Source: an uncultured Pseudomonadales bacterium (GTDB taxonomy: Bacteria > Patescibacteriota > Microgenomatia > UBA1400 > PJMF01). From it: DNA of 64,000 nt. Location of the stretch: positions 186 to 64,185 of the forward strand of contig CAYWDM010000003.1 of NCBI GenBank assembly GCA_964457085.1, written 5' to 3'. The notes beneath the pieces were generated by a model, which saw only the letters and a list, made by a program, of their open reading frames with translations, did no database searches and was not told the origin of the DNA. Position numbers and translations under genes: made by a program. Positions 39,914-48,449 of this stretch are shown piece by piece (the stretch's first letter is position 1; every line of letters starts with the position of its first letter).

Positions 39914-41833
39914 ATGGTGCATCACGCATCAAAAAATCAACAACCTATCGTAAAATATACCTATTCGAATGAACGCAACTGTTTACGCTCAAATCGAATA
40001 CAATCAACTAAGGAAATTATGTCAAAAGCAGAAGCAAAATTAGTCAATAAATCAGAACAAGAGCAATACTTGCTCAAATTACGTCACACTGCGGAACATG
40101 TGTTACATCAAGCCATGAAGGAACTGTATCCCAGCATCCACTTGGCTATGGGTCCAGCTACCGATGAGGGATATTATTTTGATTTTGATGGAGCAGTTGC
40201 TGGCCAAGAAAAAGTGACGATCGCAGAGAGTGACTTCCCAAAAATCGAGAAACGAATGCAGCGAATTATTCAGCAAAATCTGCCGTTAATTCGTCAAGAA
40301 GTCGAAGTGTCACAAGCACGCGAGTTCTTCATCGGCAATCCATATAAACAAGAGTGGTTGGATAGTATTGAAGCCAAAGGTGAAAAAGTAACAGTCTATT
40401 GGACGGGCGAACCAGGTGCTCCGAACAGCATGGTTGATCTATGTGCTGGCCCACACGTTGAGCGAACGGGTGAGATTAAAGCAGTTAAATTGCTGAGTGT
40501 GGCAGGTGCCTATTGGCATGGTGATGAGAAAAATAAAATGCTAACGCGTGTATATGGCACCGCATTTACTGCAAAAGAAGATCTCGATCAATTTTTATGG
40601 CAGCGCGAAGAAGCCAAGAAGCGTGATCATCGCAAGCTGGGTCGTGAATTAGAACTATTTTTCATCGATGAAATGGTGGGCAAGGGATTGATTATGTGGT
40701 TGCCCAAGGGCACCATTGTTCGTGATGAAATCGAGAAATTGGTGCGTGAAACCGAGAAAAAAGCTGGGTTTGTGAGGGTAGTGACGCCACACATCGCCAA
40801 GGAAGAACTCTATCTCACTTCAGGTCATTTGCCTTATTACAAGGATAGCATGTACCCACCCATGGTGATGGATGACGGCACCTACTACCTCAAGGCCATG
40901 AACTGTCCGCATCATCACCGCATCTATAGTCACAAGCCTCGAACCTATCGTGAATTACCACTGCGCATTGCTGAATATGGCACTTGTTATCGTAATGAAT
41001 TGTCCGGTACGTTGTCTGGTTTACTCAGAGTGCGTGCATTGGCAATGAATGACGCACACATGTATTGTCGCCGTGATCAGATCAAACAAGAATTCAAGAG
41101 TGTGATGGAGATGATTCAGGAATACTTCAAGATTTTTGGATTGGAGAATTACTGGTTCCGACTTTCTAAATGGGATCCAGCTCATACCGAGAAATATATT
41201 AACCAACCCGAGAACTGGGAGTATGCACAGCAGATGATTCGAGAGGTGCTGCAAGAAATGCAGGTGAAATTTGTGGAGGCAGATGACGAGGCAGCTTTCT
41301 ATGGACCAAAAGTTGATGTTCAATTCAAATCAGTAATTGGTCGGGAAGAGACCATGTCGACGGTTCAGTTGGATTTCTTAGCAAAAGAGCGATTTGGCTT
41401 ATCGTATGTCGATGAAAAAGGCGAGAAAAACGATCAAGTGTTTGTAATTCATCGAGCACCATTATCTGTGCATGAGCGATTTATGGCATTTTTGCTTGAA
41501 CAATACGCTGGTGCATTTCCAACTTGGTTGGCTCCAGTCCAAGTAATCGTTTTGCCAATCGCAGATCGCCACAATGAGTACGCTCTGAAGGTTAAAAACG
41601 CCCTTGAATTAGCAGATGTGCGGGTTGAGTTGGATGACCGCTCAGAACGGCTAAATGCCAAGATTCGCGACGCTCAGATGCAGAAAGTTCCCTACATGCT
41701 TGTTGTCGGAGATAAAGAAGCAGAGGCTGAACAGGTGGCAGTGAGAAAACGTGAAGGTGGGGATCAAGAAGTGATTAGTCTGGCAGATTTTGTGCAACTG
41801 ATTTCAGCAGCTATCTCAGAGCGAACAAACTAG
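39914..41833 (+). CDS. thrS: threonine--tRNA ligase
   Basis: Class II core motifs and second-additional-domain His motif (HTAEHVLHQA). Likely true start MSKAEAK (~40020), giving ~604 aa and lacking the N-terminal TGS domain. Confidence 0.9.
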   Translation: MVHHASKNQQPIVKYTYSNERNCLRSNRIQSTKEIMSKAEAKLVNKSEQEQYLLKLRHTAEHVLHQAMKELYPSIHLAMGPATDEGYYFDFDGAVAGQEKVTIAESDFPKIEKRMQRIIQQNLPLIRQEVEVSQAREFFIGNPYKQEWLDSIEAKGEKVTVYWTGEPGAPNSMVDLCAGPHVERTGEIKAVKLLSVAGAYWHGDEKNKMLTRVYGTAFTAKEDLDQFLWQREEAKKRDHRKLGRELELFFIDEMVGKGLIMWLPKGTIVRDEIEKLVRETEKKAGFVRVVTPHIAKEELYLTSGHLPYYKDSMYPPMVMDDGTYYLKAMNCPHHHRIYSHKPRTYRELPLRIAEYGTCYRNELSGTLSGLLRVRALAMNDAHMYCRRDQIKQEFKSVMEMIQEYFKIFGLENYWFRLSKWDPAHTEKYINQPENWEYAQQMIREVLQEMQVKFVEADDEAAFYGPKVDVQFKSVIGREETMSTVQLDFLAKERFGLSYVDEKGEKNDQVFVIHRAPLSVHERFMAFLLEQYAGAFPTWLAPVQVIVLPIADRHNEYALKVKNALELADVRVELDDRSERLNAKIRDAQMQKVPYMLVVGDKEAEAEQVAVRKREGGDQEVISLADFVQLISAAISERTN

Positions 41834-41889
41834 CTAATTCCAGTAATTATATTGGGATTTTTTAGAGTTTTATTCCAACTCTTTATCCA

Positions 41890-43038
41890 TTAAGACTGTT
41901 TCTTGTCACCGAGTCGTATTGCAACCGCATAATCATGAGTTTGAATGTTGCTAGATGAAGTATCTATCATTGCAAGTCCTCCGCCTCCTGGCACGCCATC
42001 GAGTGGGATGCCAATGCCAATTTCAGAACCAGTCAAACTGATTCCGGTAGTGAGTCCGCCGCCGAGTGGAGTACCAGCTCCCACATCAAGTCCAATCTCC
42101 CAATCCTTAGATGTGGAGCTGGTGGTGTATCGACCCTGACGATTGAGTACGGGAGATTTGGCTTTTTTATTTGCCTCCGCTAGGATTAATCGCGTTGCTG
42201 TTGCTTGATCGAGTTTGTTTTTAGTAATCAATAGCTTCAGAATGGTTGTGGTTTGGCTTGAGTCAAGGTTGCCGATGACTTCTGCTAAAACAAGAAATGC
42301 TCTTGATCCTTCAGTGACTTTATCCGATTTTTTAAACAACTTTTTAGCTATTATTTCAGTAGATAATTGTTGATATCTAGTTAGAACAGCCTCAATAGAA
42401 CTTTGTAGAGCTGCTTGCATCAACGCACAGTGTGTAGTTTCAGAGTCTTTTGCGGCGTCACTTACAGCAATATATGTGTCCATGATTTTTTTGTAGTCAT
42501 TGTTTTCAGCATATGTCGCCGAGGCCATTGAAATAGCAGTGGACCACTCCATGCTTGTAAATGTCTTGTCGCTTTTGAATTTCTGTGCAAGGGTGATGAC
42601 ATTTTCTATAGGAACTTGATTGGTTTCAGCGATTACTGCAGCATCAGCTGCATAACTCGGATCCCAACCCAGTGCTTTGGCACTTTCAAATGCTGCGATC
42701 ATTTTCTCCTGAGTTTTAGTAGTTAATTCAGGTCTGTCTGCAACCTGCCAGCCTATTCCGGCAGTTAATTCGCAAATAATTTCATGTGAGAGCCGTATCC
42801 CTCTGAGTTTTTGTGAAAATGTTGGTTTGTATTTTTCGACGAATGCATCGAAAATATCGAGAGCTTTTTCATTTCCACTTAACCAATTGCCAGCTGTAAC
42901 TAAGTTGGTGCTGGCAGCAGCATCCAACTTACGCTTGTCTTTTGTGAATGGATTTTCAATCTGGTGTAGCTGCTCAGTCATAACCATATGATGCCACACT
43001 TCTATTTGAGTCACAACTTTAATGTGGGGAAACTCCAA
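41890..43038 (-). CDS. hypothetical protein with Gly-rich C-terminal region
   Basis: 382 aa; helical N-terminal part, C-terminal GLDVGAGTPLGGGLTTGISLTG...GVPGGGG. Confidence 0.4.
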   Translation of the reverse strand: MEFPHIKVVTQIEVWHHMVMTEQLHQIENPFTKDKRKLDAAASTNLVTAGNWLSGNEKALDIFDAFVEKYKPTFSQKLRGIRLSHEIICELTAGIGWQVADRPELTTKTQEKMIAAFESAKALGWDPSYAADAAVIAETNQVPIENVITLAQKFKSDKTFTSMEWSTAISMASATYAENNDYKKIMDTYIAVSDAAKDSETTHCALMQAALQSSIEAVLTRYQQLSTEIIAKKLFKKSDKVTEGSRAFLVLAEVIGNLDSSQTTTILKLLITKNKLDQATATRLILAEANKKAKSPVLNRQGRYTTSSTSKDWEIGLDVGAGTPLGGGLTTGISLTGSEIGIGIPLDGVPGGGGLAMIDTSSSNIQTHDYAVAIRLGDKKQS

Positions 43039-43045
43039 GGAGAAC

Positions 43046-43083
43046 CAAAAACCCCGCCTGGTTTCCCAGAGCGGGGTTTTTAT
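43046..43083 (-). terminator. rho-independent terminator after rplA
   Basis: aaaaaccccgcctggtttcccagagcggggttttt, near-identical to the rplL terminator. Confidence 0.75.
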
Positions 43084-43121
43084 TTCAATTTCAATCGATC
43101 TGACTCCTTCGGTCGAAAATC

Positions 43122-43862
43122 TTAAGCCACTAAGGCGATTTTAACGCCTGGACTCATGGATGCTGCGATGGAAACTTTAATTGCTTTGCCACGGAGAGCT
43201 TTAAGAGCTGCTTCGAGGTTTTCAACTAATTGTTTACTATCCATGTCGAGTTTTCCAACTACCATGTGTAGTAATGGAGCTTTTTTCTCACCTCGAATGG
43301 TGACCTTGCCACCTTCAAGCTCTTTTTTCTTGAGCTCTGGGTTATCAGTTAAAGTGCCATTCTTTGGGTTTGGCATTAAACCTTTTGGACCCAAGACTCG
43401 AGCAAATTTTGCGAGTTTTGGCATGAATTGAGGTGCACAGACTAAGACGTCGAAGTCGATTGTGCCTGCACCAATTGAGGTTAACAGCTCGTCAGAGACG
43501 ATCGCCACCTTAAGTGTACGACCAGTTGAGTGAGGGAGACTGAGGGTGATATTGGCACCTTCTTCTCTAATCACTGCGTGAAGTTCTAGCGAACCAGTAA
43601 ACGAAGTGTATGAGAGTTTTTTAATTAACTCGATGGCTACTGCTGGCTCGTAGTGTTTGGTCTTATCGACCTTAGAACGAACTGAGTAGTATTTGCGGCT
43701 GCGAGCACTCACTTTAGTGGGTTTTTTGTCCACTGCAGCTACTGCTTCGCCATCTACTATTTCAACTTCACCAGTTTCTGATTCAGATTCTGCATCAGGA
43801 GCGGCGACGATTTTAATTTCGTCGGTCGAAGTCATGTCGGTATTGCGTTTTCTTGATCCCAT
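43122..43862 (-). CDS. rplA: 50S ribosomal protein L1 with ~50-aa acidic N-terminal extension
   Basis: Core L1 similarity (KVAIVSD...VLGPKGLMPNPKNGT...KVTIRGEKKAPLLHMVVGKL) preceded by E/D-rich extension. Confidence 0.85.
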   Translation of the reverse strand: MGSRKRNTDMTSTDEIKIVAAPDAESESETGEVEIVDGEAVAAVDKKPTKVSARSRKYYSVRSKVDKTKHYEPAVAIELIKKLSYTSFTGSLELHAVIREEGANITLSLPHSTGRTLKVAIVSDELLTSIGAGTIDFDVLVCAPQFMPKLAKFARVLGPKGLMPNPKNGTLTDNPELKKKELEGGKVTIRGEKKAPLLHMVVGKLDMDSKQLVENLEAALKALRGKAIKVSIAASMSPGVKIALVA

Positions 43863-43876
43863 ATATTTCCTTTGAG

Positions 43877-44302
43877 TTAGTCGGTAACTTCCACACCCAT
43901 ACTTCTAGCAGTACCGATCACAGATTTGACGGCACTGTCTACATCATTGGTGTTTAGTTCTGTTAATTTTTGCTCTGCAATCTCGCGAGCCTGTGCCATG
44001 GTCAATTTACCCACTGACTTAGTCTTGGGAGTTGCACTTCCAAGCTTTATCTTCAGTGCTTGCTTGATCATGTTTGAGACTGGAGGCAATTTCAACACAA
44101 AAGTGAAAGAGCGATCCTCGAAAACAGTGATCTCGGCAGGAATGACTTGACCACGCTTATCGGCAGTTTTGTCGTTGTACTGTCGCAGAAAGTCCATCAT
44201 GTTAATACCTGCTTGACCCAAAATTGGACCTACTGGAGGCGCTGGAGTTGCACTACCGGCTGGTAGATTTAGTTTTAAGATTGTTTTGACTTTTTTAGCC
44301 AT
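43877..44302 (-). CDS. rplK: 50S ribosomal protein L11
   Basis: KLNLPAGSATPAPPVGPILGQAGINMMDF, classic L11 N-terminal domain; 141 aa. Confidence 0.9.
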   Translation of the reverse strand: MAKKVKTILKLNLPAGSATPAPPVGPILGQAGINMMDFLRQYNDKTADKRGQVIPAEITVFEDRSFTFVLKLPPVSNMIKQALKIKLGSATPKTKSVGKLTMAQAREIAEQKLTELNTNDVDSAVKSVIGTARSMGVEVTD

Positions 44303-44423
44303 TATTTTGTACCTCTATTTTGTTAGTAGCTCGTAGTTTTGTTTGTCCCCGGGCATCAGATAGTCAGTGAATGCGATCTGATGAGAAGCCCCGGCCCTTT
44401 GGACCGCCAAAACCTTGGCTGAT

Positions 44424-45092
44424 TTATACTTTTTGAATCTGCAGAAAATCGAGTTCGACTGGTGTCTCACGACCAAAGATATTGATCAAGACCTCAACCT
44501 TACCCTTACCTTCATCAATTGCGTTAATAGTACCCAAGAAGTCGTTGAATGGCCCGTCCACAATCTTGACGGCTTCACCTTCCACAAAATCAGCTTTGAA
44601 TTGTGGCTCCTTCTGAGTCATGTATTTTTGAATTGCTTCAACCTCATGCTTTGGCAGGGGAGTAGGCTTACTACTCATACCCACAAAACCAGTCACACCC
44701 TGAGTGGTGCGAACTGCCAACCAAGAATCATCAGCCATTTCCATGTTTACTAGAATATAACCTGGGAAAATCTTCTCACTGATGGTTTTGCGTTGACCGC
44801 GGCGAATTTGAATTTTTTCTTGAGTTGGAATTAAAACTGCCAAGACTTTGTTGGTTAAATGCAGTGTTTCTGCACGTTGCTTCAGAGTTTCAGCCACTTT
44901 TCGCTCATGGCCAGAGTAGGCATGAACCACGTACCATTTGGCTTTTTTATTCTCAAGCGTGGAGATAATCACCACATTTGGAGAATCAACTTTGACCTCT
45001 TGTACCTCTGGAGGAACAATGACTTCAGTCTCGATTGTTGTAGCTGCTGCTTTGGCTTTTTTAGGCATAAGATTTCTTTTTATGGTTCTCAA
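44424..45092 (-). CDS. nusG: transcription termination/antitermination factor NusG (with N-terminal extension)
   Basis: NGN domain (KWYVVHAYSGHERKVAETL) and C-terminal KOW (GEAVKIVDGPFNDFLGTINAIDEGKGKVEVLINIFGRETPVELDF). Confidence 0.85.
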   Translation of the reverse strand: MRTIKRNLMPKKAKAAATTIETEVIVPPEVQEVKVDSPNVVIISTLENKKAKWYVVHAYSGHERKVAETLKQRAETLHLTNKVLAVLIPTQEKIQIRRGQRKTISEKIFPGYILVNMEMADDSWLAVRTTQGVTGFVGMSSKPTPLPKHEVEAIQKYMTQKEPQFKADFVEGEAVKIVDGPFNDFLGTINAIDEGKGKVEVLINIFGRETPVELDFLQIQKV

Positions 45093-45188
45093 GGTTGATG
45101 GGGCAATTAGGCTGACACCACAGACCTTTTTGACCAGGATATTGTATCGTATATTTTATGATTTACTAGATATCGTCTCAATGCTAGG

Positions 45189-45413
45189 TTAGCGAGAAAT
45201 TAAACTACTGATTAGTTTTTGAAAGATAAAATCAAGTCCACCAATATAAAGAGCTACAACTGCACTCACACCAATCACTAAAAGGGTGAGGTTGGTAGTT
45301 TGTTGCTTGGTTGGCCAACTCACTTTCTTGAGTTCAGCTACCACATCTTTCATATACTCTGTTAGTTGTCGCATGTGAGAGTGGATTGTATCAAATTCCT
45401 GGTGGTTGTACAC
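45189..45413 (-). CDS. secE: preprotein translocase subunit SecE
   Basis: 74 aa; single C-terminal TM with SecE-like VSWPTKQQTTNLTLLVIGVSAVVALYIG; upstream of nusG. Confidence 0.7.
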   Translation of the reverse strand: MYNHQEFDTIHSHMRQLTEYMKDVVAELKKVSWPTKQQTTNLTLLVIGVSAVVALYIGGLDFIFQKLISSLISR

Positions 45414-47499
45414 CGCGCTGCTTGAGACGCTCCATCATTGAGTTTGCAGATTCATTTTTTGGTGTCTGCATGTTGAGGTTTTGTTTCAAGTGCTCAAGAC
45501 GTCTTTGCTCTGATTCTAGATCACTCGTTTTTTGGGCAGTATTTGGATTTATGTAGCGTGCGTCTTTGCGGCGACTGTCACCAAAGAGCATTGGGAGCAC
45601 TAATAATGCTACAACTATTAAGAGTAGGCCACCAAGAATGAATGGCAATTTAGTGAACAAGCTGGTGATCCAGGCTGGTTTTTGTGTTGTCTTATTATCA
45701 GTTCCGCCAGTTGAATCAACTTTTTTCGTAGTACTGGTAGTTGCAGCTGGACTAACTGAAGGCTTGCTGTCGATAACACCAGAAGTGGTTGATCCAATTG
45801 CTAATTCTGGATCCTCACCAATTTCAGTAGCACTGCAAATGAAGCTGGCTAAGTTGGCTGGTAATCTACAGCGATTTGAATAGCAGCGTAGTCCCAATGC
45901 ACAATCGCTGTTGCCGGCACAGGTTTCATTACACTGCATTTCAGCAGCCTCTGTAGTGAGTTCTGAGCCACCTTTTTCGTTCGAATAAGACTCAATTACA
46001 CGGTACACAGATTTCTTCGCTGGTGCCTTGCAACTAGTATCTGGTTGGTTTTTGGGGTTGCGGCAACGATTCCAGTAACAACTGAGTCCAGCAGTGCACT
46101 CTCTTGAGTCTGCACAGTACTCATTACAACTGCGGTTTAGACCTTTGTCTGGAGCTAAAACACATGAGGTGCTATCAACATTGCCAGCACGGCGACATTG
46201 GTTGTTGGAACAAGTGAGGTTTGGAGCACATTCAGTATTAGAACTGCATGACTCATTACATTGTTTGTAGCTCACTCCACCCACACCTGCACATTTGGGG
46301 ATAAAGAAGCGCACCACACTACTATGTTTACCATTCCATAGCCTGAAATAGTAATTTACTTCAGGATAGAAAGAGTAGAGAGTTTTTTTGCCATCACTAT
46401 AGGTTCGGAAGTTGGTACTATCTGTTACTAAGTACGAGTCACCCAGAGTACTTGTACCACCAGAAACTTCTTTATTTGCGAAATCACGGAAGTCACTGTA
46501 GATACTGACATCGATTGCAGTAACATTTGGGTAACGGTTTTTGTTCCAGAGAACGTATGTTGAGTTTCCGATTGTGCGGTCATACCAACATGCTTCGTAG
46601 GTATACAAGCTGAAGTCTGGGTCATAACCAACTGTTTCACAGGCTTGAGTCAACTCTTGCATAGCTTCAGTTTGGTACCAAGTACAGTTGGCTGGAGTGG
46701 TCGCCACGGTGCGAGTTTTCCAACCATTGGTACATGCACCCCAATCTGAGTAGGTGTAAGCACATTGTTGGAGACAACTCTGCTCAAGTTGAGTGGCATC
46801 TGGGGCAGCGCAAGTTGACGGGTTTGCGGTATAAGTGCGGATTTGTTTACCGTTTTGGCAGCTTGACCAAGCCCCAAACGAATAACTGCAGACATCTTGG
46901 ATCACATTCAATACTACGTTTTCTACGGTGTTTAGTACGTCTTGATTGGCGGTTTGATACCGAGTAACAATTGTTTTACTTTGGTCGAAATCTAGGCGGT
47001 ATGCATTAGTGGAAGCAGGAATCAAGCTGAGGGCCATCAAAGACTCGTTCCCAGAGGTGCTGAATGGGTCACCGACGACATTTGGTAACAGCATGAATTG
47101 ATATTGGTATCCATTTGTAGTGGCCTTGCCATTCCAATCGGCTAAACGTAATTTCGGATTAGTGACTCGGTAGGAAAAACCCGATCCAAATTGTTGGTTC
47201 TCTCCAGTAACTGTCAAATCAAGGGTTAATTGGACGGCACTTACTTGAGTATTATTGGTGTTGATGTCAATCTGAATCGGAGATTCTGTGCCAAGTTTGA
47301 GCGTAGTAGTGGGACTAGTTATGTGCACCACACCATTGGTTACGCTGGCTTGACCTCGCAAATCGGTGTCTTCGCGTAATTGTTTTTGTAACAGCAAGGA
47401 ACTAACAGCTAAAAAGCCAAAAAGTGTTAATATCACCACCCATAAAACAGTGGAAATGGGCTTGGTAAGTAGTGGTTGAGTGCCGAGTGTGCGCTTCAT
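45391..47499 (-). CDS. large secreted/anchored Cys-rich repeat protein with N-terminal cohesin-like module; paralog of 48450-50483
   Basis: N-terminal TM, cohesin-like segment (LGTESPIQIDINTNNTQVSAVQLTLDL). Central region collinear with the paralog (YTYEACWYDRTIGNSTYVLWNKNRYPNV...KCAGVGGVSYKQCNESC...). Four ~25-aa 5/6-Cys modules ending C..NRCR. Start overlaps secE by 23 nt. Confidence 0.55.
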   Translation of the reverse strand: MKRTLGTQPLLTKPISTVLWVVILTLFGFLAVSSLLLQKQLREDTDLRGQASVTNGVVHITSPTTTLKLGTESPIQIDINTNNTQVSAVQLTLDLTVTGENQQFGSGFSYRVTNPKLRLADWNGKATTNGYQYQFMLLPNVVGDPFSTSGNESLMALSLIPASTNAYRLDFDQSKTIVTRYQTANQDVLNTVENVVLNVIQDVCSYSFGAWSSCQNGKQIRTYTANPSTCAAPDATQLEQSCLQQCAYTYSDWGACTNGWKTRTVATTPANCTWYQTEAMQELTQACETVGYDPDFSLYTYEACWYDRTIGNSTYVLWNKNRYPNVTAIDVSIYSDFRDFANKEVSGGTSTLGDSYLVTDSTNFRTYSDGKKTLYSFYPEVNYYFRLWNGKHSSVVRFFIPKCAGVGGVSYKQCNESCSSNTECAPNLTCSNNQCRRAGNVDSTSCVLAPDKGLNRSCNEYCADSRECTAGLSCYWNRCRNPKNQPDTSCKAPAKKSVYRVIESYSNEKGGSELTTEAAEMQCNETCAGNSDCALGLRCYSNRCRLPANLASFICSATEIGEDPELAIGSTTSGVIDSKPSVSPAATTSTTKKVDSTGGTDNKTTQKPAWITSLFTKLPFILGGLLLIVVALLVLPMLFGDSRRKDARYINPNTAQKTSDLESEQRRLEHLKQNLNMQTPKNESANSMMERLKQRGVQPPGI

Positions 47500-47505
47500 A
47501 TACAG

Positions 47506-48366
47506 TTATCTAGTCCATTCTTTAACCATGACTGAGTAATCAAAAATGTCGATCTTTTTATCGTGATTGATGTCATACATCAAATCGGCTGGTGAGCTAT
47601 CAAAGAAGTGCATGCTGAGCAGGTCAAAATCACTTTGGTTTACTAAACTATCTCCGTTTAAGTCTGAATCTGCACAAAAGACATAGTTTGGTTGTAGTTT
47701 AATTTCACAGGCTGGATCCTCAAACATACATGCAGATTTCCGGATACAACCAATTTTCTGTTTCTCGCAACGTTGGCCATTTACTGATACACCGCAGCTG
47801 TATCCGATTGGTGGTGCAATTAAGATGCAAGAACGTCCAGCATCGACTGGTAAACATTCTGTGCCACACCAATCACATTTCAGAGGTCCTTGAGTTGGAG
47901 TGGGGGTGGCTGTTGGCTGTGGTGCTTTACAATCTTGAGAGCAATTGCAGTAGTTTTCACCAAGACCACAAACGCCATCGCCACATTTGGTACAAACAAT
48001 TGCACCTTCGGCACGCATACATTGACCAGTAGTATCTGGCTTGTCTCCAGTTATTTGAGTTAACCCTGAGCAACATTGTGGTTTAGTTCCATCAATAATG
48101 CTTGCTTTACCACCTTCGTATATACAGGGCGGTGGATATGAGTCTACAGCTGCAGTTAGGCTATTTTCTGCGACTACATTTGTACTGGCAGCTCGTCGTA
48201 AATCTTGAGAGCGTGAGACCATTGCCAAGCTAACAACGACTCCAACAGAAAGTATTGTAAGAAATAGTAGCGAAACAACAATTGTTATTGGCAGTTTTTT
48301 AAGATCAGCAGCAGTTTTTTTTGAATCAACTGAGATCGTTTGACCGGTAATTTCAGGCATCACCAT
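47506..48366 (-). CDS. membrane-anchored Cys-rich protein with C-terminal dockerin-like repeats
   Basis: N-terminal TM; Cys-rich body (KCGDGVCGLGENYCNCSQDC...). C-terminal duplicated Ca-binding-loop segments DLNGDSLVNQSDFDLL / DINHDKKIDIFDYSVM. Confidence 0.6.
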   Translation of the reverse strand: MVMPEITGQTISVDSKKTAADLKKLPITIVVSLLFLTILSVGVVVSLAMVSRSQDLRRAASTNVVAENSLTAAVDSYPPPCIYEGGKASIIDGTKPQCCSGLTQITGDKPDTTGQCMRAEGAIVCTKCGDGVCGLGENYCNCSQDCKAPQPTATPTPTQGPLKCDWCGTECLPVDAGRSCILIAPPIGYSCGVSVNGQRCEKQKIGCIRKSACMFEDPACEIKLQPNYVFCADSDLNGDSLVNQSDFDLLSMHFFDSSPADLMYDINHDKKIDIFDYSVMVKEWTR

Positions 48367-48449
48367 CTAGCATAGAATCAAGTCAGGGTACAAGTCAATA
48401 GAACACAACAGCCCAAATGATAGATGGGCTGTTGTGTTCTTAAATGCGA

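Noticed and set aside
44303-44423. Structured rplK leader (L1/L11 autoregulatory mRNA mimic)
   Set aside because: Partial hairpins (catcagat/atctgatg) are present, but I could not recognise the 23S-like L1-binding motif by eye. Not called.
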